Below are positions 8,789-16,865 of a stretch of DNA of 38,534 bases, one piece after another (the first letter of the stretch is position 1; the number at the start of each line of letters is the position of its first letter). Made by a program: the position numbers and the translations under genes. The DNA is taken from positions 1-38,534 of IMG/VR virus record IMGVR_UViG_3300020156_000059. The stretch is one strand, 5' to 3'. The notes beneath the pieces were generated by a model, which was not told the DNA's origin, did not search any database, and saw only the letters and a list, made by a program, of their open reading frames with translations. The stretch is from a virus (taxonomy: Duplodnaviria > Caudoviricetes).

Positions 8789-8806
8789 GCCGCCCTTCGG
8801 GGCGGC
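8789..8806 (+). terminator. GC hairpin with UUCG loop after the capsid genes (attenuator or mRNA stabiliser)
   Basis: GCCGCCC-TTCG-GGGCGGC; no U tract. Confidence 0.5.
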
Positions 8807-8844
8807 TGACGCCTGCGTCCTGACACCCCATCAAGGAGGGTCTC

Positions 8845-9447
8845 GTGACCCAGAAAGTCCTCACCAAAAAGACCTTCATCGGCGGCGCTCTCCGCTACCC
8901 CGGCGAGCTGGTCGACGTCGATGCCAAGGGCAACATCAGCGTGGCCCCCGCTCCTTCCACGCCCATCGGCAACATGACCGTCGAGCAACTCGAGGCCGCG
9001 CTCGCCGCGCGCCGCGAGAAGGAAGGCAAGGCGGCTGTCGTGTTCGGCTCCAACGTCGCTGACCCGACCCCGAACAACACCGGCGCCATCCCCGTCGAGA
9101 TCGCCGACACGACCGTTCGCTCGCCCGGCACGACCCGCCCGCAAGGCGCCCCGCCTGGCGGCGAGCAAGCCTCTGGTGGCGCGTTCGTTCTGCCGGCCTC
9201 TGCCGATCAGCCGGGCGGCGTTCAGCGCGCCGTGGCCCCCGGCGCTGCGGATCAGGCGGGCTTCGGCAACGCCCCTGTGGCGGACGGCGGCCCGCTCGAC
9301 CTGGACAAGAGCGGCGATGCCGGAGGCTCCATGACGAAGGCCGAGATCGCGGCCGAGCTGGACCGTCGCGGCGTCGAGTATCCGTCGGGCGCCACCAAGG
9401 GCGAGCTGCAGACCCTGCTTTCGCAGGCCGAGCGCGACCAAGCCTAA
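8845..9447 (+). CDS. Protein with C-terminal HeH/LEM-like motif (200 aa)
   Basis: AAGGAGG RBS with GTG start; C-terminal MTKAEIAAELDRRGVEYPSGATKGELQTLL. Confidence 0.75.
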   Translation: MTQKVLTKKTFIGGALRYPGELVDVDAKGNISVAPAPSTPIGNMTVEQLEAALAARREKEGKAAVVFGSNVADPTPNNTGAIPVEIADTTVRSPGTTRPQGAPPGGEQASGGAFVLPASADQPGGVQRAVAPGAADQAGFGNAPVADGGPLDLDKSGDAGGSMTKAEIAAELDRRGVEYPSGATKGELQTLLSQAERDQA

Positions 9448-9452
9448 GACTG

Positions 9453-9478
9453 CGGCGGGGGTCTCCGGGCCCCCGCCG
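9453..9478 (+). terminator. Strong GC hairpin after the HeH gene
   Basis: CGGCGGGGGTC-TCCG-GGCCCCCGCCG; no clear U tract. Confidence 0.5.
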
Positions 9479-9526
9479 ATCGACTGAACAGGGAACGTCG
9501 GGAGACGTGCTCAAGAGGAGGCGCTC

Positions 9527-9931
9527 GTGGTAGCCCGCGCTCTATCGGCCAACAGCCCCCTTGCGGGCTTCGACATCGAAACTCGCGACCCTGACGGGAA
9601 CGCTCGCCAGAACCCCGCCCTGGCTACCATCCAGACCGGCACGAACGGCACGCCCGTCAACGCCAACCAGCCTGCGGGCTTCCAGCGCATCACGGACCTG
9701 TCGGCGGCGGTGGGCCTCACCGTCCCGGAGGGCGCGCGCCGCGCCATGATCCAGCCGGAGAACGGCGGCTTCCGCTGGCGCGATGACGGTGCGGCCGATC
9801 CGACCGAGGACGTCGGCCTGCTCGTCGAGTTGGGCATGGGCCTCGACTACGACGCGGACCTGACCGCCATCCGCCTGATCGAAACCCCGGCCGGCGTCGG
9901 CACGGTGGTCAGCGTGGCCTACTATGCCTAA
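9527..9931 (+). CDS. Small beta-rich virion protein, possible spike base (134 aa)
   Basis: GAGGAGG RBS; GFQRIT.LSAA.GLTVP..FRWRDDG..PT pattern; overlaps the start of the spike gene. Confidence 0.7.
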   Translation: MVARALSANSPLAGFDIETRDPDGNARQNPALATIQTGTNGTPVNANQPAGFQRITDLSAAVGLTVPEGARRAMIQPENGGFRWRDDGAADPTEDVGLLVELGMGLDYDADLTAIRLIETPAGVGTVVSVAYYA

Positions 9932-12638
9932 GCTGTTCCAAGCGAGCCTGAAGCAAGGCGTTTATCCGATCGAGCTGTTCGGTGGCGGTCCCAACCGGAC
10001 CCGCGAACAGAACGAGGCGGCCTTGGAGCGCGCCCGCCGTGAGGGCAAGCCGATCCGCTATGACGGGCTCTCGAAGGGCCTGACCCTGGCCGATGCGGCA
10101 AGCTGGCCGCGTCCTGATAAGACTGACCTCCGGCTCTTCGTCGACGTCGATCCGAACGCCACGGCGGAAGAGCGGTGGGCCGCCTTCCGTGGGGCTTGGG
10201 ACTTCATCGGCGAGTGCCGGGCGGACAACCGCATCAAGGTCGTGCCGCGGCTTCCGGAGGGCGCGTCCAAGCTCATCACCATCCAGCCGCCGCTCATGCG
10301 TAACCCCTCGGTGGTCGGTGATCGCGAGCCCTACATCCGCTACGGCGGCAAGGATGCGCTCTTCATCTCGGGCGGCGACTCTCCGACCTTCCTCCAGGCC
10401 GTGCAGGTGCGGTGCGCCAAGGCCAACCCGGCGGCGACCTCAAGCGACCCGGATTTCGGGCTGTGGAACATCGAGTGCGACCTCGATCCGGCGGGGGACC
10501 CGCTCGATGCTGGCGTCGTCGTCGGCTGCAGCGTCGGCCTGCAGAATTTCCAGGGCGATGGCGTCGACAACATCGACGCCGAAGCATTCAACGGCATCGT
10601 CCGCATCGAGAGCATCTCGCCCGGCCGCCGCACCTTCGGCTTCAAGATCTGGATGAAGCGTCTCGATCCGACGGCTGTGTCGTCGGATGATGAAACGCCT
10701 CTCTATCAACTCCCGGCCGTCATCAACCTCATCGCTGACGAAGCGGCCGGCGAGAACGATGACGACCGCAACGCCAACAAGGTCGTGGTCTATCCGTTCA
10801 GCATCGTCCATCTGGGCGGTATGAACGGCCTCACGACGGAGTGCGCGTTCGGCGCCTGGTATGGTGGCCGCGTCATCCTCGAAAACATCGGCCTCGAGCT
10901 TTACAACCCTGGCCAGGAGCTGGGCTGCCTCCTCGGCATCAAGAAGGGCGGCGAGATCGAGCTTCGAGACTATGCGGGCGTCCTTGGCTCATCCGGCGAG
11001 CGGGCCATCCGCGGCGACGACAGGTCCAAGCTCCGCTCGAACCGCGCCAACATCTCGCCTGGGGTCTATGGCGCCGTCGAGGCGGTCGTCATGCAGTATG
11101 GCGCCCACTGGCAGTCGACGCGGGACTGCGTCGGCCTGGCCAAGAAGATCCTCTGCTATGCCGGGCCCGGCTGTGAGTGGACGCTCGATCAGGGCTTCTT
11201 CTCGGTGGGCACGGAAGGCGTGCGCGTGGATGGCGCGGAAGTCTCCACCCTGAACAGCCGCTTCTCCCACTTCACCCGCGGCGAGTTCGTTGTTCAAGGC
11301 CGGCTCACCAACGCCGGCCGCCGCGACGACGCGCGGCCTGGGACGGTCATCAGCACCTGCTACAACGCCATCGACTGGCGGTCGGGCGGCTTTGTCTGGA
11401 ATGAACCGACGTTCCGGAACAACACGGTCACGCCACTGGTGGACACCCGCGTCAACGGAGGCGGCCTCTACTCGTCGAGCACGTCCGATCTGCGCGATCC
11501 TGGCCGCACCTTCAGCGTTGGTCAGTATGGCGGCCGCATCGAGCTTCCCCTCCTGGTCGGCGCCGGCCTGCTGACCATCCAGGGGCGAACGATTCACGAG
11601 GCGAACATCGAGCTCGATGTCGACCCGTTCTCTCCGCTGGACTATCCGGTCAGGCCCCGCGTCGCGACGATGGGGCCGCTGGCCCGCTTCGAGCACAACA
11701 CCACGCTCGCCCGGAAGACCGGAGACGCTGTCGGCTTCATCACCTACGCAAGCCATCAGCGGTCGGTGAACGTCATCGGCGCGCACATCACGCGCAAGAA
11801 CGGCGTGACGACCATTCAGGGCGGCGCGATGGTCGGCCATCCGTTTGTGAGGGGCGAGGCTGTCACGGTGGCCGGCAGCACGGTCGAGTCGAGCGCGCGC
11901 GGCGGCTTCCGCCTCATCTCCGTCACCGCGGACAGCATCAGCTATGAGCAGCCCGGCGAGGCGGACATCCCTGCGCCGGTGGGCACCAATTTCACGGTCA
12001 GCTCCTGGCGGCTTCAGGTGCAGTCGGATCGCGAGTTCACCCACGCCTTCCGGGCGGTCCCCCGCGGCGACCTCGATGTCGGCGCTCCTGTTCAGGTGAC
12101 GGCTGCGGGCTCGCACGCCAGCGAGCCCGTGCCCAGCCGGTCGCCCAGGCAGTCGGGCCGTTACCTCGATGGTGAGATCCTTGTCACCAAGGACTTCGCT
12201 GCAGATGGCGCGGCAGCGAGCTACGCCGTGACCGACCTGGGGCAGTTCCGCGAGCTGATCGTCGAGTTCGAGGGCATCACCCATGATGACGCCGTCACGA
12301 GCCGGCTCATCAAGATCGAGCTGGGCGCCGGGGGCGTTTATCGGACGTCCGGCTATGTCATGGCTGGTTCAGCGCTCACGGACGCGTTCAACCTGAGCGG
12401 CACGCACGCCAGCACGAACAAGCTCTGGGGCACGGCGTTCATCACCGATTTCAACCAGGCCGACAAGAAGACCCGTATGCGGGCTTCAGCGGGCTTGGAG
12501 GCGTCGTCCACGACCTACTTCCGGCAGGGCCGTTACGACACGGCTGCGGAGGCGCACGACTGCATCAGGTTCACGCCCTCGGCTGGCAACATCGCCGCCT
12601 CGGGCCGCATCCTGATCCGGGGCAAGCGCCACTTCTAA
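9924..12638 (+). CDS. Spike/fibre, putative receptor- or polysaccharide-binding protein (904 aa)
   Basis: Central beta-helix-like repeats, FCCH-like segment (GHPFVRGEAVTVAG), C-terminal beta-sandwich ending GRILIRG. Confidence 0.7.
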   Translation: MPKLFQASLKQGVYPIELFGGGPNRTREQNEAALERARREGKPIRYDGLSKGLTLADAASWPRPDKTDLRLFVDVDPNATAEERWAAFRGAWDFIGECRADNRIKVVPRLPEGASKLITIQPPLMRNPSVVGDREPYIRYGGKDALFISGGDSPTFLQAVQVRCAKANPAATSSDPDFGLWNIECDLDPAGDPLDAGVVVGCSVGLQNFQGDGVDNIDAEAFNGIVRIESISPGRRTFGFKIWMKRLDPTAVSSDDETPLYQLPAVINLIADEAAGENDDDRNANKVVVYPFSIVHLGGMNGLTTECAFGAWYGGRVILENIGLELYNPGQELGCLLGIKKGGEIELRDYAGVLGSSGERAIRGDDRSKLRSNRANISPGVYGAVEAVVMQYGAHWQSTRDCVGLAKKILCYAGPGCEWTLDQGFFSVGTEGVRVDGAEVSTLNSRFSHFTRGEFVVQGRLTNAGRRDDARPGTVISTCYNAIDWRSGGFVWNEPTFRNNTVTPLVDTRVNGGGLYSSSTSDLRDPGRTFSVGQYGGRIELPLLVGAGLLTIQGRTIHEANIELDVDPFSPLDYPVRPRVATMGPLARFEHNTTLARKTGDAVGFITYASHQRSVNVIGAHITRKNGVTTIQGGAMVGHPFVRGEAVTVAGSTVESSARGGFRLISVTADSISYEQPGEADIPAPVGTNFTVSSWRLQVQSDREFTHAFRAVPRGDLDVGAPVQVTAAGSHASEPVPSRSPRQSGRYLDGEILVTKDFAADGAAASYAVTDLGQFRELIVEFEGITHDDAVTSRLIKIELGAGGVYRTSGYVMAGSALTDAFNLSGTHASTNKLWGTAFITDFNQADKKTRMRASAGLEASSTTYFRQGRYDTAAEAHDCIRFTPSAGNIAASGRILIRGKRHF

Positions 12639-12666
12639 GCCAAGCGCTGCAAGGCGCTGGCGTCGC

Positions 12667-12686
12667 GAGCGAAGTATCGGATCATC
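12667..12686 (+). promoter_or_regulatory. Conserved 20-bp late-gene element, copy 2
   Basis: Identical to 4039-4058 (identity extends to 24 bp, TCGCGAGCGAAGTATCGGATCATC). Confidence 0.8.
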
Positions 12687-12714
12687 TCGGGGGTCAAGCT
12701 CGGGATGATCCACC

Positions 12715-13365
12715 TTGCCTTACACCACGCTCCAAATCTGCAACATGGCGCTCGACGAGATCCGGGCGGGCACGATCTCGTCCCTCGTTGAGAATAGCGA
12801 GCAAGCGGACGCGTGCAGTCGCCACCATGCGGCGGTCTTGGGCGAGCTGCTCGAGCGCCATCAGTGGGGCTTTGCTCGCAAGCGCGCCGAGCTGGTCCCG
12901 GCATCCTCGAACGATCGGCAGGAGACCTGGGCGGGAGCCTTCACCCTCCCTGCCGACCTGGCGCTCCCTATCAAGGTGCTCCGCGGCCCTGAGAGCCCCG
13001 CTGGGAGCTATGTGCCGCTTGCCGGTCAGACGCTCGTGGGCAACTCGGCGGTAGGAGCGTGGGACGGTGGTTGGGCCTACGACTACGCCGGGAGCACACT
13101 CTACACGTCTGCGCCGGGCGCTGTGCTGGAGTATGTCGAGAACGACGCCTCCGCGAACGTCTTCTCCGCACTATTCACGCGCGCCTTCGTGCTGACCCTG
13201 GCCGCTCGGATTGTCATGCCCATCAAGGATGACGTGCGGCTGAAGCAGTTTCTGATGCAGCAAGCGGAGATGGAGACGCAGCGCTCCATCGCCGCGGACG
13301 CCAACCGCCGGCCGCAGACCTACGGCGACTTCATCCCGGATGTCGTGAGGGCGCGCGGGCTGTGA
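12715..13365 (+). CDS. Tail adaptor (tail tubular protein A-like)
   Basis: LQICNMAL..I, LLERHQWGFARKR..L, F..AFVLTLAARI motifs; TTG start. Confidence 0.85.
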   Translation: MPYTTLQICNMALDEIRAGTISSLVENSEQADACSRHHAAVLGELLERHQWGFARKRAELVPASSNDRQETWAGAFTLPADLALPIKVLRGPESPAGSYVPLAGQTLVGNSAVGAWDGGWAYDYAGSTLYTSAPGAVLEYVENDASANVFSALFTRAFVLTLAARIVMPIKDDVRLKQFLMQQAEMETQRSIAADANRRPQTYGDFIPDVVRARGL

Positions 13366-14024
13366 GGATCGACGCACCCACGTTCGCAGGCGGTGAGATC
13401 GGCGAAGCTCTCGTCGCCCGCATGGACACGGCCAAGTATGGCACGGCGCTCCGTCGGGCTCGCAACGTGCTGAGCATGGTCACGGGCGGCGTGTATGCGC
13501 GGCCCGGCTTCCGCTTCGTCGGCAGGGCGAGAGACAGCAGCAAGCGCGTTCGTGCGCTGCCGTTCCAGTTCTCGATAAGCCAGTCCTACGTCCTGGAGTT
13601 TGGCCACCAAAGCCTCCGCTTCATCGTGGATGGCGGCTATGTCACCGAGCGCCAGCAGACCATCGCGGGCATCACGAAGGCGGCGCAGGCCGTCGTTGAG
13701 GTTCCCTGCCACGCCTACGCAGTCGGAGATGACATCTACTTCTCTGGCGTGACAGGGATGACCCAGATTAACGGGCGCATCGGCCGTGTGCTCGAAGTGG
13801 TCGACGCCGATCGCGTCAAGGTCGACATCAACACCACGACATTCAGCACCTTCACCGGTGACGTCGGTGGTGTGAACGCCTGCGATGTCGCGCCACCGCC
13901 TCCACCGGACCCGGAAGACCCGCCGCCGCCGCCGCCCTACGAGGACAACGACCCCGACACGGGCGAGGTCATCACCGGCGGCCCGCTGATCCCAGGCGGC
14001 AACGACGATGGGCAGGTGAACTGA
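13362..14024 (+). CDS. Tail nozzle (tubular protein B-like), N-terminal part, with FCCH-like domain and Pro-rich tail
   Basis: FAGGEI..L.ARMD..KY, GG..ARPG.RFV, PFQFS..QSYVLEFG, ITKA..AVV..HAY..GD.IY; ends in a poly-Pro/acidic extension. Confidence 0.85.
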   Translation: MRIDAPTFAGGEIGEALVARMDTAKYGTALRRARNVLSMVTGGVYARPGFRFVGRARDSSKRVRALPFQFSISQSYVLEFGHQSLRFIVDGGYVTERQQTIAGITKAAQAVVEVPCHAYAVGDDIYFSGVTGMTQINGRIGRVLEVVDADRVKVDINTTTFSTFTGDVGGVNACDVAPPPPPDPEDPPPPPPYEDNDPDTGEVITGGPLIPGGNDDGQVN

Positions 14025-15826
14025 TGCCTGCCGCCCGCATCTACACCCTGCCGACGCCCTACACAGAGGATCAGCTGTTCGACCTCGGGTTCGAGCAGAG
14101 CGCCGACGTCATGTATCTGACGCATGTGGATCACCCGCCCCGCAAGCTCTCGCGGTATGATCACGCGTCCTGGATACTGTCCGTCATCGACTTCGGGGCT
14201 ACGACCGCCATTCCGCAAGGCGTCTCGATCAGCCGCGAGGCGACGAACACCGGCGAGAACTACCGCGGCCGGCCGTTCACCTATGTCGTCACCGCCGTTA
14301 ACGGCGACACGGGGCAGGAGTCGCTGCAGTCGGCCTCGGTCACGATCGAGAACGACCTGGAGCTCAGCGCCGGGAACATCAACATCGTCGAGTGGGACGC
14401 GGTCACGGGCGCCTCCCGCTACAACATCTATCGGAGCGAGAACGGCGTCTTCGGCTTCATCGGAGCCGCGACCGACACGACGTTCACGGATCGCAACTAC
14501 ATCCCCGACCTGAGCCTCTCGCCTCCCGAAAACCGAGAGCCGTTCAACGGGGCGTATGACAAGCCGGCCCGCGTCTCTTTCTTTCAGCAGCGCACCGTCT
14601 GGGCGCGGACGAAGAACAAGCCGAACGGGATGTATTTCTCGCAGTCGGGCGATTTCGAGAACCTGAACGTCTCACAGCCGCTGCGCGCGACCGACGCCGT
14701 CACGATGAACCTCGTGGCGAGGCAGGTGAACGCCATTCAGCATCTCGTTCCGCTGAGCAAGCTCATCGTGCTCACGTCGGACAACATCTTCGCCATCTCC
14801 GGCGAACCGTTCACCGCGACAAACGTCGAGATCGAGCCGAGCGGGATGCGCGGCTCGTCGCGTGTGCGCCCGGCCATCGTCGACAACATGGCCTTCTTCA
14901 ACACGGCGCTCGGGGGTGCGATCCGGACGCTGAACTACTCCTTCCAGGATGACGGCTACACGGGCAACGACATCACCGTCTTCGCCCCGCACCTGTTCCG
15001 CGGCCTCACCGTCAACGCCCTTTCGTGGGCGGATTATCCGACGCAGACGCTCTGGGTGGTCCGCTCGGACGGCAAGGTGCCGGCGCTCACCTGGCAACGT
15101 GAGCAGGACGTCTGGGGCTGGAGCCTGTGCCAGACCGACGGGGTTGTAGAGGACGCCTGCACCGTCACCGAGAACGGCGAGAGCGTGACCTACTTCGTCG
15201 TCCGCCGCACGGTTCAGGCGCAGCAGGTTCGCTTCATTGAGCGGATCGCCTCGCCCACCTGGGCGAGCGTGGCTGACGCGGTGCATCTGGACTGCTCGCG
15301 TAGCTACTCGGGCACGCCGGCCACTGTCATCCGCGGCATGGAGCACCTTGAGGGCCGCACTGTAAACGCGCTCGCCGACGGCATCCCCCGGCTCGGTCTC
15401 GTGGTGAGCGGTGGGAAGATCACCCTGCCCCAAGCGGCCTCCAAGGTTCACGTCGGCCTGCCCTATGAGGCGTGGATCCGGACCTTGCCGCCGCCGATCC
15501 AAGGGCGGGACGGGTCACAGAAGGGGAAGTCCCAGCAGGTGACGAAGGCGGTGCTCTCCGTGATCGACACATGGGGGCTCGAGGTCGGCCCCGGCCGCAA
15601 CCCCGCGCCCGGCGCCCAGGAGACGAGCGACGGGGAGTGCCACGGCTTCCGGCCGCCGAAGCTGGACACGAACATCGGCAACGGAGCGGTGACGGGCCCC
15701 GTCACCGGCGACCTCCATGTAACGCTTGGTGGGACCGACTGGCGCTCTGCGTCTGTCGTCGTGCGGCAGAAGATGCCCCTGCCGATGATCCTGACCGGGA
15801 TCTCCTACGATCTGACGGCGCCATGA
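14024..15826 (+). CDS. Tail nozzle (tubular protein B-like), C-terminal part
   Basis: TPYTEDQL..QSADVMYLTH, P..VSFFQQR, LDC, HLEGRTV..LADG, VHVGLPY, PLPMILTGI motifs. Confidence 0.9.
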   Translation: MPAARIYTLPTPYTEDQLFDLGFEQSADVMYLTHVDHPPRKLSRYDHASWILSVIDFGATTAIPQGVSISREATNTGENYRGRPFTYVVTAVNGDTGQESLQSASVTIENDLELSAGNINIVEWDAVTGASRYNIYRSENGVFGFIGAATDTTFTDRNYIPDLSLSPPENREPFNGAYDKPARVSFFQQRTVWARTKNKPNGMYFSQSGDFENLNVSQPLRATDAVTMNLVARQVNAIQHLVPLSKLIVLTSDNIFAISGEPFTATNVEIEPSGMRGSSRVRPAIVDNMAFFNTALGGAIRTLNYSFQDDGYTGNDITVFAPHLFRGLTVNALSWADYPTQTLWVVRSDGKVPALTWQREQDVWGWSLCQTDGVVEDACTVTENGESVTYFVVRRTVQAQQVRFIERIASPTWASVADAVHLDCSRSYSGTPATVIRGMEHLEGRTVNALADGIPRLGLVVSGGKITLPQAASKVHVGLPYEAWIRTLPPPIQGRDGSQKGKSQQVTKAVLSVIDTWGLEVGPGRNPAPGAQETSDGECHGFRPPKLDTNIGNGAVTGPVTGDLHVTLGGTDWRSASVVVRQKMPLPMILTGISYDLTAP

Positions 15827-16275
15827 TCGAAGTGCGCCCGGCTCAGCCTGAAGACATCCCCGCGCTGGCGCCCCGGTTGCGCGCTGTCGATTGCCGCGAG
15901 TGCGCTGCTTGGGGGCGGACGCCGCAAGAGGCCCTTGAGCTAGCGCTGCTCTCCGGGGGCGACGCGTGGACCGGCCTCGTCGACGGCTCTGTCGAGGCGA
16001 TGTTCGGCGTGACGCCGAAGAGCCTGATGGATCGCCTGGGCGTGCCGTGGATGCTGCAGACGGACGCCGTGCCTTACCGCGCCATCGTGCAGCACGCCCC
16101 GGAATGGCTGGCCCGTATCGAGCGCATGTTCCCCAAGCTGGAGAACTGGATCTCCGCCGACAACCACGAGTCCGGCCGCTGGCTGCGCCGCCTGGGCTTC
16201 ACCATCGACGCTGAGCAAACCGTCATCGGCGGCGAGCCGATGCACCGCTTCCATAAGGGCTTCCAACATGTGTGA
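15823..16275 (+). CDS. Internal virion protein A-like / GNAT-fold (DUF2833-like) protein (150 aa)
   Basis: True start at ATGA overlap 15823; LRAVDCREC, AMFGV, PWML, LENWISADN..RWLRRLGF. Confidence 0.8.
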   Translation: MIEVRPAQPEDIPALAPRLRAVDCRECAAWGRTPQEALELALLSGGDAWTGLVDGSVEAMFGVTPKSLMDRLGVPWMLQTDAVPYRAIVQHAPEWLARIERMFPKLENWISADNHESGRWLRRLGFTIDAEQTVIGGEPMHRFHKGFQHV

Positions 16276-16864
16276 GCCGACAACCCTGATGATCGCGGCC
16301 GCAGCCGTGTCGACTATCTCGACCGTCTTCTCCGGCATCCAGCAATCGCAGATGCACAAGTATGAGGCCGGCGTCGCGAAGAACAACGCGCTCTATGCCG
16401 ACAGGCAGGCGGAAGATGCGATCGAGCGCGGCAAGCAGGAGCAGCTCAACCACGCCCGGAAGGTCGCCGCTCTTCGCTCCGAGCAGCAGGCCGCCTTCGC
16501 GGCCGAAGGGCTGGACCTGGGCTTCGGCTCCGCTCTGGATGTCGCCGGGGACACGACGGTCATGGGGCTCGCCGATCAGGCAACCATCCGCGAGAACCAC
16601 GAGCGGGAAGCGCAGGGCTATCGCATCTCGGCGCAGAACTACCGCGCCAAGGCGGCCGCCTCCAAGGCGGCGAGCAGGAACGCACTGATCTCGACCGCTC
16701 TGGACACGGCGGCGACGGTGCTGAGCAGCGCCTCCCAGGTGGGCTCCACGATGAGCACCTACGGCAAACCGACGTGGATGGGCGGGTCGGGCGCGAGTTG
16801 GACCCCAAAGACATCCTCGCCGTCGACCGTGGGCGGGTTCTCCTTCGGCACTCCGGGGGTCTGA
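16268..16864 (+). CDS. Internal virion/ejection protein (T7 gp14-like position)
   Basis: MCEP start, hydrophobic N-terminus, Ala/Gln-rich helices, AA.GLDL..GSALDV. Confidence 0.8.
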   Translation: MCEPTTLMIAAAAVSTISTVFSGIQQSQMHKYEAGVAKNNALYADRQAEDAIERGKQEQLNHARKVAALRSEQQAAFAAEGLDLGFGSALDVAGDTTVMGLADQATIRENHEREAQGYRISAQNYRAKAAASKAASRNALISTALDTAATVLSSASQVGSTMSTYGKPTWMGGSGASWTPKTSSPSTVGGFSFGTPGV

Positions 16865-16865
16865 G

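Noticed and set aside
849-14527. Diversity-generating retroelement (BPP-1-style TR/VR) as the explanation for the nozzle repeats
   Set aside because: No reverse transcriptase or avd in the window, and the differences are extensive and not adenine-specific.
15472-15822. Extended N-termini given by the ORF track (15472, 28460, 30796, 33533, 34268, 37303)
   Set aside because: They overlap neighbouring genes or operators; downstream starts have an RBS, coupling or promoter support.
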